Positions 54,801-64,000 of a stretch of DNA of 64,000 bases are shown here, piece after piece. Positions within the stretch are counted from its first letter, which is position 1. Each line of letters opens with the position of its first letter. A program made the translations under genes and the position numbers. The stretch lies in assembly GCA_964035545.1 (NCBI GenBank), contig OZ037769.1, positions 9,570,129 to 9,634,128 on the forward strand. The letters are read 5' to 3'. Source of the DNA: Bugula neritina. Lineage: Eukaryota > Animalia > Bryozoa. The notes beneath the pieces were generated by a model. It saw only the letters and a program-made list of their open reading frames with translations. It was not told where the DNA came from and searched no databases.

Positions 54801-56038
54801 AAAGAGGCCATTTGCAAATGACTAAAATGCAGTTACTGCAAACAAAGTTGATTGCTAACCTTCGAATCCATGTCGAAAGAGCAATCAAAAGGATAAAGGA
54901 GTTCAATATTTTAAATGGTCCTGGAGGTGGGAACTTACTTAGTGTTGGCACCTCTATTAAACAAGATTATGATAGTCTGCTGTGCTCTCTGTAATCTACA
55001 GCCACCATTGGTGACTGATAAAATTTAGAATTTGAAGTAAAAATGTGTTATTTTTACCTGTGCCATTTTACTAGAAATCTATATCTAGCTTTTATATAAT
55101 ATTCTTGTAATTTTTCATCATAGCAATAAATAAATTACATTGTTTCCACACTAATATTTCATATATTTATAGTTTATTTGAAAGCTTACGTTGTTTATTG
55201 TGAATGCTGACTGCTGCAGAAACTGACTACTATTTTCAAAATTTAAAAGGAAAACAAGTTCCTGGTGCAGAAGTGGCAGAATATGTAATACAATTTTTTT
55301 CAAATTGAAAGTAAGAAATGGGGTCATTTCAGCATTCATAAGCTGCACATAATAGCTTATGTGTATATTTATATGGTGTGGGCTTGCTATTACTGTGAGC
55401 AACAATATTACCAGCATGGGTGGTTGATTTAACCTCTTAGTAGTTCCCATGGCTTACATACATTAAAATTCCAGTTGAATAGAATACTCACTATTGTAAA
55501 GTACAAAACAAATGACCAGAATATTTCATTTGTTAAACAGAAGTTTTGTAATACTACTGTGGATTGGCTACTGTACATTAGGTAGATGTAGGCGGAGTCT
55601 ACACTACCCAGCCATCCAGATGCATATACTAAAGGGCCATTCAAAAACCAGCCAATCAAAGTCATGTACCAAATTCACAGACGTTTACTGCAAGCTTCCA
55701 ATGCTAAACAATAACCCATTCAAGCTGCAACAACAAATAACTACTAAGCTGGCAGTTATGTAATAATTGGCCTTAAGTTGCAAAAGTGTACCAGGTCATT
55801 TTTCTAGACATGCAATTTTTAATTGCATTTTATAAACACTTAATTTAGACATTTTAAAAAATCTTTTCAAGAGTCATCAATTTAAGATATGAAATTAAAT
55901 AATGCATGAAACAAAAGTTGCACAACTAGCTTTTAGAAGCATGCATTTTGCAATTGAATTTGCAGAATTTTATATCAGTTACAATGGTAAGACATTGACC
56001 TGGTACACTTCGCTGATTGGCTGAGTTTTACATGGTCT
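51881..56038 (+). mobile_element. ISL2EU-like (PIF/Harbinger-related DDE) DNA transposon with ~1075-bp inverted arms
   Basis: Arms 51881-52955 and 54965-56038 are near-identical reverse complements. The 2-bp AT TSD reconstructs the empty site caATtaaaag seen in the paralogous Gypsy copy near 26915. Confidence 0.82.
52980..55020 (+). pseudogene. DDE_Tnp_4-type transposase (5'-truncated; THAP C-terminal remnant)
   Basis: NPTPTLHLGY, IIDCTEIFI.KP, W.EYKK.NT, GGRA*DK, GDVVMADRSF, IANLRIHVERAIKRIKEF. Confidence 0.85.
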
Positions 56039-56319
56039 ATTAAAAGACTCTGTGAGCCGGATTAAGCGGAGGCTCCGTACCCAGCATGCAAAACATTATT
56101 CTTATTCAACTAAACATTAACCCTCTTTGAGAGCGTACATCTGTGAATCCTGTCCTTCCTGGTTAGCTCAGTGGACAACGTTGCGTCCATGTAAATGACA
56201 CCCCTTCCTACCTATAGTATTGTGTAAATTTGTTAATACATTTGTGTATTATTTCTCTCTTTATGTTATGGTGTATCTTTATTTTCTGTGTGTGTTGTTG
56301 TTTCTTATATATTTATATT

Positions 56320-56400
<81 letters not shown>

Positions 56401-56405
<5 letters not shown>

Positions 56406-56960
56406 GGAATTTCTTCTACTGTATTCAAGACAAGGTACTACAACCATCTTGCTTCCTTCAGGCATTCCACCAAGCGCTTACAAACTGAGTTAAGTAAACA
56501 CATCTGGTCCTTAAAAGACAAAGGCCTAAATTTTACAATATCCTGGTAAATTCTCATAAAAGCTCAGCCATATAACATCACTAAAAGCTGCCAGCTGTGC
56601 TTATGGGAAAAATATTTTATTCTATACAAGCTAGCCACAATTGTTTTCTCTCAACAGGCGCAATGACTTTATCTATATGCAGGCATAGCAGCAAATTTCT
56701 ACTCAAGAATGCTGTGACAAAGCTAATTACATCCAATGCTACCTTTTTGTTACATTTTAATCCTTTTGCTTTTTTCTGTGCACATTTACTTATAACAACG
56801 TTATATAGTTGTGAGCCATCATAATGACAATTTTATCTGCCGAGTGCATAACATCTTGTGTACGAAACTATTAGTAATAGATTTCATTATATTATTCAAA
56901 TCTCATTTCATTTCTTCTAATGTGTATGCTCTAGATTTATTTCTATAGAGCACTCTTGTA
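56401..56960 (+). mobile_element. Penelope-like element 3' fragment (GIY-YIG endonuclease) between (TA)n tracts
   Basis: YVGISSTVFKTRYYNHLASFRH..TELSKHIWSLKD..ISW.IL.KA.PY..C.LCL.EK is typical of PLE endonucleases. A hammerhead-like motif follows. Confidence 0.82.
56831..56882 (+). ncRNA. Degenerate type I hammerhead ribozyme in the Penelope-like 3' region
   Basis: UUUAU-CUGCCGA-GUGCAUA acaucu UGUGUAC-GAAA-CUauuAG-UA-AUAGA. The core deviates from CUGANGA at one conserved position. Confidence 0.55.
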
Positions 56961-56983
56961 ACAGTTTATATACTCTCACTTTA

Positions 56984-57110
<127 letters not shown>

Positions 57111-57114
57111 TATA

Positions 57115-58853
57115 CAGTGGTGATCTTAATTATGGGACCGCTTAAAATAAACTTATTATTTTTTAGTAATTGATTATTTGCTCAATATTTATAAGGTGAT
57201 ATAGGGTAATATGCATATCAATGGAAAGCTAAATATGTTCTCTACAAGAATATTTTAAAAATTCAGCGGATTTCAGTTTCTGTAGTACAATTTTGGGCCA
57301 ATATACTCATCTTAGTGTTAAAATTGAAAATTCTAGTAAAATTGCAACTTAATTTTTTTTAAAAATTGCAATGATTTTTGCTTATTTTTTGAACATAACT
57401 CTTTGAAATTAAAGTGGTGGCCCTGAAATAGGTCTATAGGGTTATTAGATACATCCTAATATTTTGTTGGCAACCCTTGTTGTCAATCACAGCTCGACAG
57501 CATTTGGCATGCCGGCAACAAGTTTGGAGAGCAGTTCCGAGGATACCACTCGGAACCAGGACTGGATATTGAGCTCAATTAGTTTTCTGTTGGTTGTTGG
57601 CTTGTTTTTTGCAATCATTTGACCAATATTACACCATAAATTTTCAGTTGAATTGAGATACGGTGATTGGGCAGGCCAGCTGAGAGATCTCACGTCACGG
57701 TCTTCCCTCCACTTCTTGACCTTCGTGGCTGCATTGCAAGTGTGTTATCCTGTTGGTACAACCATGGTCCATGAAAGAGATCTCTTACTGATGAAAACCC
57801 CACTTTCTCCAACACATCACAGTATTTAGTAGCACTCATCATGCCTTCGACAACATAAAGTCCATCAGGACCACTCGCAGCAAAGCACCCCCATACCATG
57901 ACAGAAGTCGGATGTTTAATGTACGCCAGAGGGGCGCATGTCTGGCCTGGGCTAAAGAGCACCTGACATGGACACCCCAGCAGTGGCAAAAAGTTCTTTG
58001 TAGTAATGAAAGTACATTTAATATCTTGGCCTGGTGAAGAGTTTGACCCAAAGTATATTCTTGCAACCATTAAATATTCAACTTCCGCCACGGTCATGGG
58101 TGCTTGGCAGCGAGTGGTCCTCCTGGTGGACTTCATGTTGTTGAAGGCATGATGAGTGCTGCTAAATTTTGTAATGTGTTGGAGAAAGTAATGCTTCCAT
58201 CAGTAAGAGATCTCTTTCATGGATAACGCATTTTGCAATACAGCCAAGAAAGTCAAGAAGTGGATGGAAGACCGTGACGTGAGATCTCTCAGCTGGCCTG
58301 CCCAATCGCCAGATCTCAAATTTAGAGTTCATAGTGTAAGATTGGTCAATTGATTGGAAAGGACAAGCCAACAACCAACAGAAAACTAATTGAGCTCAAT
58401 ATACAGTCCTGGTTCCGAGTGGTATCCTCGGAACTGCTCTCCAAACTTGTTGCCGGCATGCCAAATGCTGTCGAGCTGTGATTGACAACAAGGGTTGCAA
58501 ACAAAATATTAGGATGTATCTAATAACCCTATAGACCTATTTCAGGGCGACCACTTTAATTTCAAAGAGTTATGTTCAAAAAATAAGCAAAAATCATTGC
58601 AATTTTTAAAAAAAATCAAGTTGCAATTTTACTAAAATTTTCAATTTCAATACTAAGATGAGTATATTGGCCCAAAATTGTACTACAGAAACTGAAATCC
58701 GCTGATTTTTTAAAACATTCTTGTAGAGAACATATTTAGCTTTCCATTGATATGCATATTACCCTATATCACCTTACAAATATTGAGCAAATAATTAATT
58801 ACTAATAAATAATAGGTTTATTTTAAGCGGTCCCATAATTAAGATCACCACTG
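57115..58853. mobile_element. Tc1/mariner element folded back on itself (two head-to-head transposase 3' halves)
   Basis: TA|CAGTGGTGATCTTAATTATGGGACC termini with TA TSD. WPAQSP(D/Y)L occurs on both strands; KHPTSVMVWGCF and QQDN on minus; WAKEHLTWTPQQWQKVL.SNES on plus. Confidence 0.88.
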
Positions 58854-59139
58854 TATATAATTATATGCATATGATATTGTTGTAGTTTTCTGCACTACTA
58901 GTAAGGGTATTGTTGCATGCTTAATAGTAACTGCCTATCCACTGGGAGGTTATGTGAAGAACCGAACTAAATGATTGCTTACCGAGAGAACTGTATTAAT
59001 CCAATCACGCACAATAAAAATCAGGTACAAATATAAAAGAGAACAGAGTACAATTAGCAAAATACTGCATAAAGGTAACCTATCTATATAACTGTCATTA
59101 TCAAGACTGGTGTGGGCACCGGAAGGTATTGTTTATAAC

Positions 59140-60050
59140 TCTACCGAGTCTGTGAAGTGATTGATCCACACTGCACTAAGATCTCTCCTCGTGCAGTCAG
59201 TTGGTTGAAGCGGCTGGCGAGTTGGATTCTATCATGAGCGCCCTCCATAACCCCTAGTCCGGAAATTTGCCTACTATTCACCCTGCAGTGAATGGTGGCG
59301 CGGAAGCATCCAGGTATTGTACGACTCCGTACTACCTGTACACCTCTCACAAGCGGACGGCCAAACTTGTCAACACAGATGAGCTCCCACCCGGCCATAA
59401 TTACCACAAAATTGCTAAAGTCAATATGGCATTCGTGTCTCTTAAGGAATGGCATCCCGAGGATAGCATCCTGTTTGAGTTGACTGACAATGAACGCCTC
59501 CTAAATCGCTCGATTCCGGACGCGTGCCTTCAGCTCAACTTTGCCATAGAAAGGAATACACGACCCGTCCGCCAACGTTACGTGTTCCCCGTCGTATGGC
59601 TCCAGACCAGTCTTGTCTCTAGCGTTTAGGGTGTCAAAGACCTGGCGGCTTAGGAGGTTAGTGGTACACCCTGAGCCCAGCAGGAAAGCTACAGTTTTAC
59701 CGGCTACCTTGCCTGGTAAGAAATAACTGCCACCATAAGGTTGTGCCCGTATTCTCCTAGTGCGCTCGGTCTTTGCAGGAGACACCTCTCTTGCTTTGAG
59801 TTTAGGTTGGTGTGATGTTCGATGGTTGTGGGCAGGTTTTTGAGGGGAGGAAGCATTCCACTAGACGCTAGGTCCTGTTCCTCTTTTGACCCTGAATCGC
59901 ACAACTCGCCAAAGCTATTGCGGAGTGGCAAGGTGACGGCAGCAGGCCGGCCGTATGGCTCGCCTGTCCGTCGTGGCACATGCCACTTCTGCAGGGCTGC
60001 CCGTCGCGTCCGTACAGACTGCTGACGGCTCCCCAGCGATCGGAGTCTCA
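59140..60050 (-). mobile_element. Gypsy remnant (gag-pol junction and protease region)
   Basis: SYFLPGKVAGKTVAFLLGSGCTTNLLSR and AILGMPFLKRH motifs of the same family. Confidence 0.85.
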
Positions 60051-60779
60051 TCTTCAGCTCATAATGGAGTTGCTGTTTCTGACCATAAACTATTGAGTTA
60101 TGTTTACCAGGGGATACTGGGGGGGGGGGGGGGGTGTATACTTCCGCTGCCCATTACAATATTCACATTGTAATCATGGTGAAACTAAACTTTATAGCTT
60201 TGTTTTTACATGCACGAGCGAGTCTTAAAATTGTTTTTATTATTAGATGCATAAAATGTGTTTAACAACTAAACCAATTAACAAAAAATAAAAAAATGTA
60301 CACATAAAGCAGACAAAATAATAAAATAACAGAAGTGGAAAAATTCCGCTTTATAACTTATTTAAACTCGCGGCACAAACGCGGCATAATTATCTCCCTA
60401 ATTCTCTAAAGTCGCCACTCTGAACAGATCACGCTGAATCAGCTAAATAAAACTTGACTTGCATTAACGACATTAGCGCGGGCTTTAAAGCTACTAGAAA
60501 TAATATAATTTCATATTTTTCATTTTTTATTATGTCTGTGCAGCTCAGAGATGATTTATTGAACTTGATCTATTGAACTTAACCCTTTGGTACAGTTGCT
60601 GTCCGTGTGTCACCGCCACCGGTGTTAATTCTTCTCCAGTCCAATTACTAATTAGTATTACTCCACCTATAGGTATAATGTATCGGTAATTTTAGTCTGA
60701 ACTACTTCGATAAATATAAAATTTAATGCAAGAACATTAAATAAACACGAACTTTAAGTTTAACACTTAGATTTTGATC

Positions 60780-61399
60780 TAACTCTAACGTAACGCTAAT
60801 AGTAAGTGTTAACAGTGACACTAACAGTAACAGTAACACCAAGTTAGAGTGACTAACGGTAACTGTAAGTCTATCTCTATGAGTATCAGTATCAGTATGT
60901 GTAACACATACTGATACAGTGATCATTACTCATTACTGTATGTGTTACACATACATACTGAGTAATGCTAGCTGTAAGCCATTGTCAAGGTGAAAATGTA
61001 ACTGTTGCTGTAGCACTAACAGTAACTGTAAGTGCAACTAAAACTCATACTGATACTCAGTCATAGCATTTACTTTTAGTGATTTACTGATTTTCTCTAA
61101 CTTAACGCCTAAAGCCTAAAGGTACACTATACTATAGGCATAGCATTAACAATAACTATAGTATAAGTATAAGTATAACTATACTAATACTCTGTAGTGA
61201 ATTAGCATCAGTATGAGTAGTACTACTACTAGTATGACTATAGCCTAAGCCCTAAGCCATAGGTATAACTATAACTATAAACCATAAGCCTAAGGTTAAC
61301 GTAAGCCATACTCATACTCATACTGATAGTCATACTCATAGTCATAATCATAATGCTCAAGTGATGACTAGTACAACAACAACAAAAACAACAACAACA

Positions 61400-61454
<55 letters not shown>

Positions 61455-61600
61455 GTATTACTATTAGCAATACTAATAGTACTACTACTAGTAGTACTAT
61501 TATTACTACTATAAGTATATGATTACTTTTAAATTAGTATTTCATGTTGATGTTCAATAATTAATAATAATAATAATTATTATTATTATAGTAGTAGTCA
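60780..61600. repeat. Low-complexity hexamer/trimer repeat tract (GTAACW/CATACT-like, (CAA)n, (TAC)n, (TAA)n)
   Basis: Visible degenerate tandem repeats. Confidence 0.8.
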
Positions 61601-62959
61601 CTGGTAGTGGTTTTTCAATAATCACTAATCACTAGTGCGTGTTGATCATGATAATTATTGAATTTGATTTTCAAACTCAATCATTTTCACTTAGATTTTA
61701 ATTTGAAAAATAAATTCTAAATTAAAATTTTTATTCTAATAATGATTCTGAAACTTGGTCATAATTAATAATTTATTTAATTAAAATTCACATTTTAAAT
61801 AACTTTTAATTTTATTATCATTACATTTATAAAATATTATTTTACTATTCGTATTGGTTATACTTATACTATTACTTATTTATTTCAAACTCTTGGTCTT
61901 ATAGTTATTGTATCATCATTTACTAACACTAACTACTGCAGTAGTAATACTAGTAACTACATATTAATTTACAATCTTCTTTATTTTACTGGTGTAGCCA
62001 TGGCCTATAGGATTGGGTGTTACCAGTACCATCATAATTATTGTTTATGTTGGTACAACAGCAGCTTATTCAGTTAGACCCAAAACATTAGCTGTGCGCA
62101 TATTACCTTTAGTACTACGTTTGACTACTTCAGACTTCAGTAATTACGTTAAGTGTTCTATATGCAGACAGACATGCATGTAACAGTGTGGAATTATCGC
62201 CTTAATTATTTTCACAAGTCCTTTCACAACACTTATGCCATACTTGACAACTCTGCAGACAGACAGCAGAGTTTGCATTGATCACATGGAGTATTCAATG
62301 GTCCATGGCAGTAGGCTATTGATCAGAGGAGTGTTTCAGGATAGTATAAATAACCGACCTTTCCCACACAGCAGCACTCCTGAATACCACCCAAGCACTT
62401 CTGAACACCATTCAAGGCAGGCGTGTTCTGGAGCTAAGGAGCACCACTGGCCACATTTTATCCTGTCCTAACTCCTCCCTACAGATAGGCATGAGCTGGA
62501 GTTATCTCACAAGCCAAGCAACCTGTACCAGTACATCAGCCACCGAGTTAACCCGGATGTTACAACATAATATTATTTGTGAGTTCATTAACAACTGTAA
62601 ACTGCAGAATCCCGATGTGACATAGTTAGTCCTACAAGTACTGACTACAAATACATTATTAAAATACTGTGACTGAAACAGTAAGCTGCTAAGAGTAAGT
62701 GTAACTATTATTATTAACATTATGATCAAGTTTTTCTACTGCCACAGGCATTCCATATTCATATCAATATTTCATATTGAGATTTTGGTAGCTTATTATT
62801 AAACAATTTCCGGCTTACTTGACAGTCTCTGTTGGAGTCCTCGTGCAGTCTCTTTACTTTCACCATCAGCCACTAGCCAATATTCAAGCTTTACAAGTTG
62901 GTAGGTTATTCGAGTGCTTGTTGCTAATCTACTATAAAACACAATGCAATAACCTGAAC

Positions 62960-64000
62960 ATTGTCCCATTATTTGAGAAAGGTAATAAAACAGAGATAAA
63001 ACAAGTGGTAAAACAATCTTGCCTATCAATTGTAGGCAAGATTCTTTCCCACATACTATTGAAACGGCTAAATGCGCCTATTAACTCAGAAGCGCTAATG
63101 GAGTCTCAGTGTGGATTCAAGAGCGGAATAAGTACAAAAGACATGGTTTTCGGCTTGACGCAAGTGTAGGGGAAGTGCATAGAACAAAATATGCCACTCT
63201 ACATTGTATTTTACAACTTCAGTAAGGCATTCAGTACTTTGTCTAGAGCAGGCCTTTGGCAGGTCTTTAAAAAGTTTCGCTGCACAGACAAGTTCACTCG
63301 CATTATTGAAGCACTTCATGCATACATGCAAGCAAATGTTGCAATGAGCAGTTCCATCTCAAATAATTTTGCAGTAAGAAATGGGATCAAGTAAGGGCAT
63401 GCCCTCATGCCAACACTTTTTTTTAGTTTACCTATCAGCCGCGCTTTAAATTGTGTTTAAACACAGCGCGGAAGGGGTATATGTACCAACTAGAAGAAGA
63501 GGCAGACCTGTTTGATGTAACTCATTTCAAGGCTAAAACCAAAACCACTACTGAGTTAGTGGGAGATTTACTAATAATAGTGCTCTAGTTGCTCATCATT
63601 CTGATACACAGATTCAGGTTTGCTAATGCTTCGAGACTTTAGTCTTGACATCAACATCAAGAAGACAGAATGCCTTTTTCAGCCTCCGAAGTTTCAAAGT
63701 GAAACATCTCAGCCACAGACCATAACCATCAAAGAGAAAACGTTTAAAAATGTAAAACCTTCAAGTACCTTGGACGCACAGTAGCTGTCAATTCTAAACT
63801 AGATTATGAAGTTTCTCTGAGAATAGTGCAGTTGATTAAAAAAATTAAGGAAGACTTTAGACTAATCAGCATGTTCCAGTTATAGTCAAGTATCAAGTAT
63901 ATCTTGCTACGGTACTCTCTGCCTTGCTGTATAGTACTGAGGCCTGAAACATATACAGTTTGCAAGTTGACCGACTTCAAGCATATGTAATCTGCGCTCA
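62960..64000 (+). mobile_element. Degenerate RTE-clade LINE reverse transcriptase
   Basis: LSIVGKILSHILLKRL, ESQCGFKSGIST.DMVF, F.KAF, F.V.NG.K.G..L.PTLF and FKYLG motifs; many stops. Confidence 0.85.

Larger units (their letters stand above)
50270..56330 (+). mobile_element. Non-autonomous Gypsy derivative: LTR type D (~50270-50637), partial PBS (50639-50652), gag-pol deleted, accessory gene type B retained (exon 50868-50892, intron 50893-51169), split by a DNA transposon
   Basis: The PBS is followed within ~150 nt by the pol tail (FYADAVKSRRV). ATG..CGG G|gtgagt donor and ctctttcag acceptor. The coiled-coil coding sequence resumes at 56041 after the insertion. Confidence 0.75.

Noticed and set aside
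52156-55763. Duplicated small ORFs in the transposon arms (52156-52726, 55151-55763)
   Set aside because: They are mirror images produced by the inverted repeat and have no recognisable protein motifs.

Overview
AT-rich animal (invertebrate-like) genomic DNA with abundant (TA)n microsatellites. One intact host gene is present: a six-exon CFAP119/CCDC189-like ciliary gene (6159-11990, +) with a candidate RFX X-box upstream. Most of 13-60 kb is a cluster of decayed mobile elements. Several copies of one Ty3/Gypsy LTR-retrotransposon lineage dominate it (tRNA-Leu PBS, -1 gag/pol frameshift signal, four LTR types, rearranged by inversions and microhomology deletions). There are also Academ, ISL2EU-like, Tc1 and hAT-type DNA transposons, RTE-like LINE fragments and a Penelope-like GIY-YIG remnant. 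Two observations stand out. (1) The Gypsy lineage carries, in the env position, a spliced accessory gene (25-nt coding micro-exon, ~270-320-nt GT-AG intron, then a C2H2/C2HC zinc-finger + coiled-coil exon) whose exon-intron architecture is the same in five copies from two divergent subtypes. (2) A ~250-280-nt (TA)n-associated repeat contains a type I hammerhead ribozyme (retrozyme-like). All calls come from reading the sequence by eye; no searches were run.
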